A DNA stretch of 64,000 bases from Gemmatimonadota bacterium (GCA_020348925.1 CP070758.1:3487688-3551687); one strand, 5' to 3'. Shown: positions 48,315 to 58,952, counted from the first letter of the stretch. Notes: a model not told the origin generated them from the sequence alone. Program-made: numbers and translations.

Positions 48315-50048
48315 TTACTTCATCAACACCATCTTGTTTGTGGCGGTGAATTCACCGGCAACAATTCTGTAGAAGTAGACGCCACTGGGCACATCGGAGG
48401 CATTCCAGGTGACACGGTGATACCCCGAATTCTGCATTTCATTCACCAGGGTGGCGATCCGTTGACCGACGATGTTGAAGATTTCCAATGTCACGTTGGC
48501 GTTCACGGGCAGGGTGTAGTGAATCTCCGTCTCAGGGTTGAAAGGGTTCGGAGAGTTCGAAACACTGAACACCTGCGGCACCATAAGTGTGACCGCACCA
48601 CCGGTTCCAAAAACGGGGCCGCTCTCGCATGCCATGGTCACATTGTTGGAACCAGGATCGTACGTATAGGACGCATGCGTCACGTCGGTCACCTCGAAAC
48701 ACCATTCACCCGAGGGTTTCTTCATCCCGGCAGTTTCGAAAGAGACCGTGCCGTCTCCAACGGTCACGTCACTGTAATCGCCTCCAGTGGGGCCGGTGGC
48801 GGTCACGGACACCGTGGCACCGGAAACCGGGTTATTGAGGTTGTCATAAATGGTGACTGTGCAGGTACCAATGTAGTTCGGGCCGACCTTTGCACGACCA
48901 ACGACCATGTCATAAACATGCACGGTAATGCCAACATCTGTGACGTTGATGTAGTCAACCTTCGTTTCGGAATCTGTACCGTATGAATTGGTAACCGTTA
49001 ACGTGACAGTGTACTTTCCCACAGCCGTATATTCGTAAACGGGATCTTGCGCCGTTGAGGTTCCACCGTCACCAAATGTCCAGTCCCATGTGTCAGGGTT
49101 TCCTAAGGAGAGATCCGTAAAATTGACCGTGAGCGGAACTGGTCCGGATGAGGGTGAAGCGCTGAATTCGGCTACCGGCGGGGCCGGTTGGCTTTCATAT
49201 TCGATATACATGTCGTCGATATACACCGGATCCAGGGAGGTATAGTCCCAGGAACGGTTGGTATCAGTGACACGGATATAGACGATTCCGTTGACACCGC
49301 CCGGGAGGTCGGCGGAGTACACCTGTTCAGCCGCACTGGCGACAGTCAGCAGGGCGTTATAGGTAACATCATCGGTGGAATAGGCGAAGGTGAAATCATC
49401 GCCATCGCTGTTGTCCGGTCGATAAGCCTCCACATAAAAGGTGGCCGATGTGGCGCTGCCGATATTGAAATTCCACTTGTGCTCGAGGTAGCTGTACCTC
49501 TTGCGGGGATGCCCTGTATATTCAACCTCAGTAATGACCTCGTAAACGTTATCACTGGTGTACGTGTCGGTGAAATTGCCCGTCACTGTGCCGATAACTG
49601 GAATATCGGACAAGGTGTAGGCTCTCATAGGTGGCTGCGGTTCGGTCACATCGATGTAATCAACTTTGGTGGCAATATCAGAGCCGCAGGCATTACTGGC
49701 GGTCAACGTCACTGTGTACTTCCCCTGGTTCTGGTACTCGTAGGTCGGATGCTGCTCCGTCGAGGTGCCACCGTCACCGAAATCCCACGACCAGGTATCA
49801 GGATTGCCTGTTGACAGATCCGTGAAATTCACCGTCAGTGGTGCCTCGCCACCGGTCGGATTCCCTGTGAAGTCGGCAACAGGTGAAGCCTGAACGGTGA
49901 CAAAGTCTATCTTCGTCTCGGTTGCGTTGCAGCCCTGTGAGCTGCTGCTGACCGTCAAGGGGACCGTGTAGATACCGGGTTCGTCAAAGGAGTAACTGGG
50001 ATTCTGGGCAGTGGACGTACCGCCGTCGCCGAAGTCCCAGTCCCAGCC
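48315..50048 (-). CDS. PKD-repeat secreted protein with T9SS-type tail (5'-partial, runs into the gap)
   Basis: Frame is open from the gap edge (GWDWDFGDGGTSTAQNP). Three WxFGDG PKD domains, SNSPNPFNP...KMVLMK. Confidence 0.85.
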   Translation of the reverse strand, partial: GWDWDFGDGGTSTAQNPSYSFDEPGIYTVPLTVSSSSQGCNATETKIDFVTVQASPVADFTGNPTGGEAPLTVNFTDLSTGNPDTWSWDFGDGGTSTEQHPTYEYQNQGKYTVTLTASNACGSDIATKVDYIDVTEPQPPMRAYTLSDIPVIGTVTGNFTDTYTSDNVYEVITEVEYTGHPRKRYSYLEHKWNFNIGSATSATFYVEAYRPDNSDGDDFTFAYSTDDVTYNALLTVASAAEQVYSADLPGGVNGIVYIRVTDTNRSWDYTSLDPVYIDDMYIEYESQPAPPVAEFSASPSSGPVPLTVNFTDLSLGNPDTWDWTFGDGGTSTAQDPVYEYTAVGKYTVTLTVTNSYGTDSETKVDYINVTDVGITVHVYDMVVGRAKVGPNYIGTCTVTIYDNLNNPVSGATVSVTATGPTGGDYSDVTVGDGTVSFETAGMKKPSGEWCFEVTDVTHASYTYDPGSNNVTMACESGPVFGTGGAVTLMVPQVFSVSNSPNPFNPETEIHYTLPVNANVTLEIFNIVGQRIATLVNEMQNSGYHRVTWNASDVPSGVYFYRIVAGEFTATNKMVLMK

Positions 50049-50049
50049 G

Positions 50050-50149
50050 NNNNNNNNNNNNNNNNNNNNNNNNNNNNNNNNNNNNNNNNNNNNNNNNNNN
50101 NNNNNNNNNNNNNNNNNNNNNNNNNNNNNNNNNNNNNNNNNNNNNNNNN
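50050..50149. other. Scaffold gap (100 N)
   Basis: Run of N. The true length is unknown. Confidence 0.99.
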
Positions 50150-50395
50150 CAGAACATCAAGTACATTCGCCCCGCCGTCACCATTGCAATCGGCCGCCCA
50201 GAGCTCCTCGCCGCTCGGCGGCGGTGACGTTCCCAGAACAATATTTACCGTCAGGACAGCGTCCAGAACATTAATGGCTCCATCACCATTAACATCCCCT
50301 CTCTCCCGCTGGATATCCCATGTGTAAGCTGAGCCATATAGCCCCAGCCCAAACAGGAGCATGGCCAATCCCGCATGTACGATTCGTTTTAACAT
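50150..50395 (-). CDS. N-terminus of a secreted protein: signal peptide plus dockerin (3'-partial)
   Basis: MLKRIVHAGL..., GDVNGDGAINVLD and ADCNGDGGANVLD duplicated Ca-binding loops. May belong to the PKD gene across the gap. Confidence 0.75.
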
Positions 50396-50644
50396 CCGTT
50401 CACCTTTCAGAATGTTGAGCCTTCAGAATTTTTAATACGCCACTTCAAATTACTTTTGTCGGTTACGGCTGTGAAGCCCCGAGGCAAGCTCTAGACAGAC
50501 CCGTATCGTTGAATGTTACGGTTACGGCTTGTTTCCCCATCCTTGATCGTCCATTATATATATGCTGGATGCAATTTTTTCAAAGGATATATATCCCTTT
50601 TCACCCGTTGCACAGGATATATATACTGCGCGATCTCATACACT

Positions 50645-52570
50645 TTAGTGGCGGTGATCGCGCTCGTACTCATGATCATAGTCGTGTTTGTAGTGATCGC
50701 GGTCGCGGCGGAAATGGTGGGATCGTGACGGATTGATCTCGTCCAGGGCCCAGACCGCCATGGCCCGAACTTCGGGCTCGGGATCGCGGAGGGTTTCCAG
50801 GAGAGCATCAACGATACGCTCGATGTCGCGGAGAGAATCCCACGTATCACGGATACCGATGAGGCCACAGTTGAAAGCCGCTTCTCGGCGCATGTCCGGC
50901 TTTTTGTCCTCAAGCCGCCTCAGTAATGAGGGCACGCTTTCGGTATAATCGATGGCCCCTTCATCGGCTCTGAATCCATCAGTTACTCTTTTCACCAGGG
51001 GTCCGTTCATCAGGGTGCCGGCCCAGACCTGGTCGTTCTCCCAGGATCTCCAATTCCAATCCGCGAAGATCTCCTCCCGGGCCCATCCGGCCTTTCGACT
51101 GCCTCTATTTTCAATCTCGCCCAGAGCCCACACCACAGCTGTTCGCATGTCTTTCTCTCTTTTGGAAATCTCAACCAACGGATCGATGGCAACCGGGTCT
51201 TCGATCTCTCCCAGTGAAAGAATAGCCATCTCACGCACACGTGGATCACTGTCTTCGAGAGCCCAGATCAGAGGGACGATCGATTTTTTGTCCTTGATCT
51301 CACCGAGGGCCCAGGCGGCAACCTGTCTCACATCGGCGGACCCGTCCCGAAGAGCTTCGGTCAGTGGTATCACAGCATCGTGATCCTCGTGCTCCCCGAG
51401 CCACCAGGCGGCTCTCTGACGGATTATGGGATCTCTGTGTGCTTCCAAGTCCATTATGAGATCACCCGTTACAGGTATAGACTGTCTAACTCCAAAAACA
51501 TCCAGTGTTATGAAGGGCAGCATCAGGACCATCAATGCCAGGGTGATGAGGACAAACTTCTCCGTGCTCAGTGAGGTATGGTTTAGCTTTTCATTCATGA
51601 CGCACCGAATCCTTTCTTTCAATCCGTTTTCTCTGGCCATGGTGACGGCATACATCGGTCTGGCCCGTTTCACGTGGGAACGGGCAACCTGGAGGAGGTA
51701 GGACGCATATTCGTGATTTCGGACACCCTGCTGCAGAGCGTAATCGTCGCAGGCCCGTTCGCGTTCCATAGCACTCCGGCGGCTTGCCAGCCAGACCAGT
51801 GGATTGGGCCAGTAGAAGGCGCAGGCAATTTGCGTAAGAAGATGAAGCAAATAATCCCAGCGGGCGATGTGGGCCAATTCGTGCAGCAGAACACTTCGTG
51901 TTTGCTCCTCGTTCCACGTCCGTACTTCAGGCGGGAATATGATCACCGGTCTGAATATTCCCCAGGCAAAGGGTATCGAGATGTTGTCGCTCACCAAACA
52001 GCGGACACTTCGCAGAAGACCGAGGCGGGTCGCCAGAGGGACGGGCAGGCTGGAGACATCCGACGGATCGAGGGGATGAGCGCGATGGGTGAGGGAGCAG
52101 ACACGAAGAAGATGGATGGTCAGCCTCACGAGGTTCAAAAGGACACCGATCCCCCAGAATCCCAGAAGTATCAGGGCCATCATCCTGAGAGGCGAGGGCT
52201 CAAACGGTTTGTTATCGGTGGTGGATTCTGATGTCTTCGCGGCATTCGGTGCTGTTGTGCTTCTTTCGCCCACAGGTTCGGGATCCAAGGATGTCGTGTG
52301 GGATACACCGGTTGGGCCCTTGGCGTCCAGCCAGATTTCCTCCAGGGAGCCAAACTGCCAGGACGGTACCGTGAAAGATACCAGAGGGAGAACCACCAGG
52401 ATGACAAAAACTGTGCTCCAGGCCAACTGGCGCGCCGCCGCTGAGGATCGCCTCAGCAGCAAAGCTACCACCCCTGCGGCCGTCACCAGCAGCGTCGCTT
52501 TCAAAAAAACAGCGACACCTATCTCTGCCGCAGCCCGTGCCATCATTTCAATAGTGACTGTATCCATCAT
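50645..52570 (-). CDS. BlaR1/MecR1-type M56 peptidase with HEAT repeats and His-rich tail
   Basis: HELAHIARWD, WPNPLVW..ERACD, repeated VR..AAWALGEI, ATGA overlap with the BlaI stop. Confidence 0.9.
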   Translation of the reverse strand: MMDTVTIEMMARAAAEIGVAVFLKATLLVTAAGVVALLLRRSSAAARQLAWSTVFVILVVLPLVSFTVPSWQFGSLEEIWLDAKGPTGVSHTTSLDPEPVGERSTTAPNAAKTSESTTDNKPFEPSPLRMMALILLGFWGIGVLLNLVRLTIHLLRVCSLTHRAHPLDPSDVSSLPVPLATRLGLLRSVRCLVSDNISIPFAWGIFRPVIIFPPEVRTWNEEQTRSVLLHELAHIARWDYLLHLLTQIACAFYWPNPLVWLASRRSAMERERACDDYALQQGVRNHEYASYLLQVARSHVKRARPMYAVTMARENGLKERIRCVMNEKLNHTSLSTEKFVLITLALMVLMLPFITLDVFGVRQSIPVTGDLIMDLEAHRDPIIRQRAAWWLGEHEDHDAVIPLTEALRDGSADVRQVAAWALGEIKDKKSIVPLIWALEDSDPRVREMAILSLGEIEDPVAIDPLVEISKREKDMRTAVVWALGEIENRGSRKAGWAREEIFADWNWRSWENDQVWAGTLMNGPLVKRVTDGFRADEGAIDYTESVPSLLRRLEDKKPDMRREAAFNCGLIGIRDTWDSLRDIERIVDALLETLRDPEPEVRAMAVWALDEINPSRSHHFRRDRDHYKHDYDHEYERDHRH

Positions 52571-52950
52571 GACCCTTTCTCCTTCTCCAACCACGCCTCT
52601 ATCCGTTCAATCTCTTCCTCGGAGAGTTTCCCGGAGGAAGTATTTAGCAAACTCAGGATGGCCCTGGAAGGTGATCCGCCGAAATACGTCCGAATCAGGT
52701 CCCGGGTCGCTTTCCGTGATGCCTTCTCGGCGGAGACAGCGGGTGAATAGATGTAACGGCGGTCATGTTTGCGGTATACGACGTAGCCCTTCTTGGCCAG
52801 AATGCCGAGGGTAATTCGGACGGAGTCATAACTGGTCTCATCGGGCATGCGCTGCACGACATCGGAAACACAGGCCTGGCCCAGTTGGTAGAGGATGTCC
52901 ATGATCTGCCGCTCCCTCTTGCTGAGATATCCGTTCTGCTGATCTTTCAT
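52567..52950 (-). CDS. BlaI/MecI/CopY family repressor
   Basis: LSKRERQIMDILY..SYDSVR..L..KG..YIYSP..FGGS. Confidence 0.92.
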   Translation of the reverse strand: MKDQQNGYLSKRERQIMDILYQLGQACVSDVVQRMPDETSYDSVRITLGILAKKGYVVYRKHDRRYIYSPAVSAEKASRKATRDLIRTYFGGSPSRAILSLLNTSSGKLSEEEIERIEAWLEKEKGS

Positions 52951-52966
52951 TCAGAGTTCTCCTTTT

Positions 52967-52984
52967 GTGTAAAATTTTTTACAC
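52967..52984. promoter_or_regulatory. Palindromic operator, probable BlaI-family autoregulatory site
   Basis: GTGTAAAA-TT-TTTTACAC, 16 nt upstream of the start, overlapping the -10 of TTGAAA-16-TAGTGT. Contains TGTA/TACA half-sites. Confidence 0.65.
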
Positions 52985-53314
52985 TATTTAGACACTTGGG
53001 GGTTTCAATTTGTTTCAATTTTTCCGAAACTGCTTTCGTACAAGAAAGTTGCCCTGCATTACCAATGATCTCCACTCGTTTCTTGAAATCGTACAAATAT
53101 GATACTGTGAAAACCGTACATCGGTTATTTGTAATTGTCCCAATGGAATATGATGTAAACCTTCATCATCTCAGGTGCGTCTCTTTTACAAAGTCTTTGT
53201 CCGACGAAATGAAACAAAGGTGTGAGTATTGTTGTCTCAAATTCGAAGAATTTGGAGGACGGAAAGAAAGCTTTCACATTAGAACCGGAACCTTATCCGC
53301 GAAAGGAGGAAATG

Positions 53315-54301
53315 ATGCAGAAGTTTTGTATGTGGGTCGTGCTGCTGTGCCTGATTCTGGGGTGTGGTGTTATCGATATCTCTGCGGATGTTGAGGAATG
53401 GGAATTTTCCGGTGTGACAAGAATCAAGGTGAAAGGGATATCGGGTGATGTGATCCTGCGCCCGGCGGACGGACGCACGGGCGTCGTCGAGTTGAGGGAG
53501 GATGTGCATCCGCGCAGCAGTTTCCACCCCACCGTGGAACAGGAAGGCGAGACGCTGTATATCAGAGAAAAATGGCGGGGGAATACCTCACGAGGCCGAG
53601 TGGAGTGGACTATCCTTCTTCCCGAGCAGGCCGATCCTCCATCCATTCGGATCAACAATGCATCGGGTAATCTTGATTGTCGGGGCGTCTCCGCCGAAAT
53701 TGATTTCGAAACGGCCAGTGGTGATATCGTTCTTTCGGAGATGAAGCTTGGTGACCGGTCCGATTTCAGTACGGCCAGCGGAGATTATATCCTCGAGAAT
53801 ATGACAATCCCTGAGGACGTTGATTTCAGCACGGCCAGCGGCGATTATGAACTGGAGAACCTCATGATCGAGGAGGGATGTCGATTCTCAACGGCTTCCG
53901 GTGATGTAAAATGCCGGAACTGCAAATGTATGGACGACGTGGAGATGAGTTCAGCCAGCGGTGATGTCGTTGTTCGAGACACGGAGCTTCTGGGGTGGAG
54001 TGAGTTTTCTTCGGCCTCTGGAGATGTTGCATTATTTTTCGATAAACTTCCCGGGCACGACATCACGGCCGGTTCGGCTTCCGGCAAGGTCGTCCTCGAA
54101 GTTGACGATTTCGGTGATGATTTTACACTGGTCATGATCAAGCGTGAGGACAGGGGTCGCATCTCCTGCCCCTTTGAATACAGTTACGAAGAAACCTTCG
54201 ACGATTATCACATCTATGAAAGAAGAGTTGTCGAGCGCGGTTCTGGCAAGCCAGAGATCGAATTACGCACCGCTTCCGGAAGGGTCATTGTCAGGGATTG
54301 A
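53315..54301 (+). CDS. DUF4097 beta-strand-repeat protein, possible lipoprotein
   Basis: Many (T/S)ASG(D/N/K/R) repeats, ILGC lipobox-like motif, AAGGAGG SD. Confidence 0.85.
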   Translation: MQKFCMWVVLLCLILGCGVIDISADVEEWEFSGVTRIKVKGISGDVILRPADGRTGVVELREDVHPRSSFHPTVEQEGETLYIREKWRGNTSRGRVEWTILLPEQADPPSIRINNASGNLDCRGVSAEIDFETASGDIVLSEMKLGDRSDFSTASGDYILENMTIPEDVDFSTASGDYELENLMIEEGCRFSTASGDVKCRNCKCMDDVEMSSASGDVVVRDTELLGWSEFSSASGDVALFFDKLPGHDITAGSASGKVVLEVDDFGDDFTLVMIKREDRGRISCPFEYSYEETFDDYHIYERRVVERGSGKPEIELRTASGRVIVRD

Positions 54302-54553
54302 TACAGCCGGATTTTTATGCGTCTCTTTCCGTTCGAAGACGCGTATTCATTGGATTTACGCTGGGGCAAGAGTTGTCCTCTTGCCCCTTAATACTCTGTA
54401 GTTTTCTGTACTTTTTCGAATTTATTCGATGGAAGTGTAAGCCCCGCTTAAGCAATCCCATATGGCATAAAACAATCCCTTCTTAAAACTTCTCATTTTT
54501 ATCATCAGAATTGTAAGACTTCAGAATTAAAATTGAATAAAGAGGTTTTCTAT

Positions 54554-54580
54554 TGCCCTAAAATAGTATAATTTAGGGCA
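54554..54580. promoter_or_regulatory. Inverted repeat centred on a TATAAT box
   Basis: TGCCCTAAA-N9-TTTAGGGCA, about 80 nt upstream of the YncE-like gene. Confidence 0.55.
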
Positions 54581-54661
54581 GTACGGTGATCTCATTTCTA
54601 AAAACAGGGACATAATGCATGTTCATGAACAGTGATACATGATGGTTGAAGGAGGAGTGAC

Positions 54662-56995
54662 TTGATTATGTTAAAGAAACGAATTATTATTCTGGTCCTA
54701 TGTTTGACTGTATCAGCGGGGGCTGAGATATCGGTGAAGACAGTGGATTTTTTGAAGGAAATCGGTGTCGAAATCAATGCGGCGGGGCCGCTGCTCGTAC
54801 AAACTGATCCTAGTCGAAATCGCGTCATTGTTGCGAACACTCTGAGCTCCTCGGTATCGATTATCGATGGAGAGACGCACTCGGTCGTGAATATCCCCAT
54901 TGGGGGACGGGCACTGCAGCATCTCAAATCCGAGGCGATGACTCTGAATAGAGGCACGGGGGATATCTGTCTCATTGCATCGAAGAGCCTCCACATTATT
55001 CATCCCGAAAAGAGATCCGCCAAGACGATTCCGACCGACGACCAGTTTGAATCCGTTGCCGTTGATGAAAGCACCGGCAATGTCTTCATCGCAGGGCGGG
55101 AGAGCGGGGAGATGGGATTCTATGAGGCGAAATCGCACAAGCTGAGAATGCGCACCTGGCTGGATCACAGGGAGAAACTCATAAACCTCAACCAGACGCC
55201 ACCTCCGCCAATTCGAAAGGTTGTTGCTGACAACGAGCTCCGAAAAATTATTGCCATCGATGGGTACACATCAACCCTCTATCTGTTCAATTCCGATGAC
55301 GGGCGGGCTGTTGATTCGAGGCGACTCGATCTTACCAGTGGCGGGCGCTGGCATCTCGCCGGTTACGATGAAAAAACCCATCGTCTGTATGTTGTCGTGG
55401 AGACGGATGCGAGGAAAGTGATCGAGGCGGCAAAGGTCGATGTCCTGGGTAACGATGATATCATTGTACAGCTTCCTGAATTCACCGAAGGTGTAGGAAT
55501 TATCTACAATCCCAAACGGGACGAGGTTTATGTTCCCTACGATAACCATCCATCGGTGCATGTTGTAGATTTTGAAAACGGAGGAAGGATTGATGAGATC
55601 AAACTTCCCGCCTATGGCAATGATGCCAGTGCCATCGATTTGGAAAATGATTACCTGTACATTGGGAGCTGGGCCCATGGTGAGATCGATGTTATCGATC
55701 TGCAGACACGAAAGCTCGTGAGAAGAATCGAGCATTTAGGGATTATTCCTCATATGTTCAGTATGGCTTTCAATCCCCTTACAAATTTGCTCTATATTCC
55801 AAAAGGTGCAACTGCCGTCAACGGCACCTTTGGTGCTGCGGTAAATGTATTGGATCCGGTCACGGAACGGTACGAGAAAATTCATACCGGCTGGGCACCT
55901 ATAGATCTCATCGAGCTGCAAGGAAGAAACAGCTTTCTCGTCTTTAACAACGAAGACCAGTTTGCCGAAGTCCATCCGAGCGGTCAATACGAAGTTCATA
56001 CAGTACCCTATGACTACCCGGTAGAGGCAGCTTACAGTCCGGAGGGCAATGTCTACCTTTCCTATGGGCCGCATCAATCCTACTGGCCGACCGTCTATAT
56101 ATGGGATGCAAAGAACGGTATCATTACAATTGACAAGGATGATCTCAGTTTTTATGACCGGCGTGTCCCCCGACAGGCCCACACAATGGCTTTGGATGTC
56201 GAAGGCGTTTTGTATTATAGTCAGAACAATTGGGGAGGGGAGGAACATTTCTTGGGGAAATTGCTGGATGAAGTTCGCCTCTTTGAACCAATCAAACGGA
56301 TTGCCCTCGGGGATACGGTTGTCAGGGAAATTAGCCAGAGGATCTTGCAGTACGATCCCGAATTGCATTGGCTCTATCTCGTTCGAGTGGGGGAAGGGAA
56401 CGAAGATCCAAGTATTCTTCAAGTCATCGATCCGGACTCGCAGAAGGTTGAGAAGAGGTTGTTGTTGGGTTTGACGGCCACAGATTTCATCGTAGAGACC
56501 GAGAATCTTTATATAGCCAATTTCGAATCGAATACTGTTTCGATTGTCGACAAAACGATTTTCTCCAGTCGTGAAATCGAAACTGGTGACGGTCCGCTCA
56601 AACTCTGCCTCTGTGGTGGAAAAGTTTACGTTGCAAACCATCTCAGCAATACGCTGCAAGAGGTAAAAGAAAAAGGCAAAGCGTTTCCAATTCCATATGA
56701 AGGATTTCCTGATAACCTCTTTGTTTTAAGAGAGAAGATCATTATTACCTCTCATAATTCTGAATCTCTTTATATTTTTCATTTCTATCCTTTTAATGAA
56801 TAATTTACCCTATTGCATTAGGAAATGTATACCTACGGTGATACAATATTCGACTCAGGCAATGTCTCTTTTTATGTGAGAGGTCAGTATGGCGATGCCG
56901 TCTTCTTTATTACCCAGGGTCAGGTGGATAGTGAAGGCAGGTTGTGGATTACGGATTTCCTTTCGGGGAAATTGTTTCTGATTGAGGAGAAATAG
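54662..56995 (+). CDS. YncE-like double beta-propeller exported protein with two in-frame stops near the 3' end
   Basis: Signal peptide and (Y/I)(V/I)AN..S..VS.ID blades. After TAA 56801 and TAG 56819 the frame continues ..DSEGRLWITDFLSGKLFLIEEK to TAG 56995. Confidence 0.7.
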
Positions 56996-57053
56996 AGCTG
57001 GAGCTCAGATTTCAGACGGCGTTCGAAATGGCAACTTCAAGATAGGAAAAACC

Positions 57054-57824
57054 TTGTTCATTGCCCTGACTCATATTGTCTCTCCCAACATCAGTCAATG
57101 CGAGGTAACGTATCGTAACAGGGAGCCGATCGACTACGATCGAGCGGTGAAGCAACATGAGGCGTATTGCCAATTGCTTCGTGACTGCGGACTCGATGTC
57201 ATCGAATTGTCGGTTAACCGCGATTATCCTGACTCGACGTTTCTTGAGGATACAGCTGTGGTTGTTGACGAAATCGCGATCATGGCCAATTTGGGAGTTG
57301 CATCCCGGCGAGGAGAAGTGAACGGCGTCGAACAGGAATTGGCCAAATATAGAAAAATAAGGCGCATTGAGCCTCCGGCTACCTTGGATGGCGGCGATGT
57401 GTTGAAAATTGGGAGGGACATATTTGTGGGGTTGTCACCTCGAACGAATGAGGCTGGGATTCAATCTCTGAAAAGGTTCCTGGCACCCTTTGGATATAAA
57501 ATAATTCCTGTCATTTTGAAGGATTGTTTGCATTTGAAATCCGCCTGTACTACTCTGGACAAGAAGGCCCTTTTGGTAAATGCCTCATGGCTGGATCTTG
57601 AGCCTTTTTCGAATTTCCGGATTATTCAGGTGCCGGAAGATGAATCTGAGGCGGCGAATGCGCTCAGAGTAAACGATACAATTTTCATGCATTCCGGCTT
57701 CTCAAAGACGGTTCAGATCGCTCGGGCCGAGGGATTTGCTGTCAAGACAACGGATATATCCGAACTCCTGAAAGCAGAAGCCGGTATGACCTGCTCGAGC
57801 ATCATTTTTGAGCACCTTGATTGA
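57054..57824 (+). CDS. Dimethylarginine dimethylaminohydrolase (amidinotransferase family)
   Basis: QH..Y, PDSTFLEDTAV, SRRGE, LDGGDV, RTN, LHLKS, EAGMTCSS. TTG start at 57054. Confidence 0.9.
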   Translation: MFIALTHIVSPNISQCEVTYRNREPIDYDRAVKQHEAYCQLLRDCGLDVIELSVNRDYPDSTFLEDTAVVVDEIAIMANLGVASRRGEVNGVEQELAKYRKIRRIEPPATLDGGDVLKIGRDIFVGLSPRTNEAGIQSLKRFLAPFGYKIIPVILKDCLHLKSACTTLDKKALLVNASWLDLEPFSNFRIIQVPEDESEAANALRVNDTIFMHSGFSKTVQIARAEGFAVKTTDISELLKAEAGMTCSSIIFEHLD

Positions 57825-57981
57825 AGCTCTCCAGGGAGAAGCCACTTTTGTGATTTGTTTTTCAGCTGTGTTCCCAGCACCTCAATATTATTTTCGGCTT
57901 GATTTTTTATCATAATAGTATTAACATTCTTATCCGGATTCTTTGTACGTTTCCAAACAATTGCTGAAGAAAGGAGCGAAC

Positions 57982-58401
57982 ATGGCAGAGGCGAGAGTGA
58001 AATGGGTTGATGGATTGCGATTTGTCGGATACAGTGGTTCGAAACACGGGATTCTCATGGATGCTGGCGAGAAGGTCGGAGGCACGGATACCGGAGCTCG
58101 CCCCGGAGAGATAATTCTTATCGCCTTAGGCGGTTGCACAGGCATTGATGTGGCTTCGATTTTGAACAAAATGAGAGTTCCGTTTCATGATATTGAGATC
58201 GTTGTCAAGGGCGAGTCTGCACCGGAACATCCCAAGTATTGGACCCATATCCAAGTGAAGTATATTGTGAAAGGAAAAAATCTTCCTGAAGATAAAGTGA
58301 AAAAAGCTGTTGAGCTTTCACAGGAGAGGTACTGCTCAGTGGGAGAGTCGCTCAGGAGGAATGTTGTCGTAGAGCATACCTATGAAGTACAAAGCGGATA
58401 A
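57982..58401 (+). CDS. OsmC family protein
   Basis: GARPGE..LGGCTGIDV..RYCSV. Confidence 0.9.
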   Translation: MAEARVKWVDGLRFVGYSGSKHGILMDAGEKVGGTDTGARPGEIILIALGGCTGIDVASILNKMRVPFHDIEIVVKGESAPEHPKYWTHIQVKYIVKGKNLPEDKVKKAVELSQERYCSVGESLRRNVVVEHTYEVQSG

Positions 58402-58503
58402 GGGGGATCAGAGGGGTTGAAAAGGCATTAGCGGGCGAGACTAGGCGAAAGAAAGAGAATGAAGATACATCCGACCGTAATCCGCTAAATTCGAGTTATG
58501 TGA

Positions 58504-58908
58504 ATGATTATTGGGAAGACGAAAATAAGGGTGATCTATGCTGACACCGATCAGATGGGTGTGGTCTATTATACCCGGTATTTCGAGTTCTTCGAGCGAG
58601 GGCGCACGGAATTGCTCCGCGAATTGGGTTCGCCGTATTCGGATATGGAGAAAGAGGGAGTGGGTCTGCCGGTTGTTGAAGCCCACTGTGAGTATAAAAG
58701 AGGTCCGCACTATGATGATGTCATCGTTGTGAAAAGTATGATCACACAAATACCACGCTCCACGATTCGGATCGACTATGAATTATACGACGAACCGGAA
58801 AAGACACTGTTGGCCACAGGTTATACAATCCACTGTTTTCTCAATCGTGATGGTCGCCCGACAAAAGCCCCCAAAGCGTTCATCGACCTGATCCGAAGAA
58901 ATCTATGA
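58504..58908 (+). CDS. Acyl-CoA thioesterase (YbgC/FadM family)
   Basis: RVIYADTDQMGVVYY..YF.FFE.GR. Confidence 0.92.
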   Translation: MIIGKTKIRVIYADTDQMGVVYYTRYFEFFERGRTELLRELGSPYSDMEKEGVGLPVVEAHCEYKRGPHYDDVIVVKSMITQIPRSTIRIDYELYDEPEKTLLATGYTIHCFLNRDGRPTKAPKAFIDLIRRNL

Positions 58909-58952
58909 CCCACCATACATGAACTTCTCGTTCAATTTTTATCACGGGATTT

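Noticed and set aside
49955-50395. ORFs read through the N gap, and an apparent frameshift in the PKD gene
   Set aside because: Gap length is arbitrary. The PKD frame is open from 50048 to 48315, so there is no frameshift.
50455-50545. c-di-GMP-II riboswitch upstream of the dockerin gene (GGAAAC...GTAACCGAC, AGCCGTAACCG twice)
   Set aside because: The GGCAC/GTGCAACC pseudoknot core is absent. Only a short direct repeat is supported.
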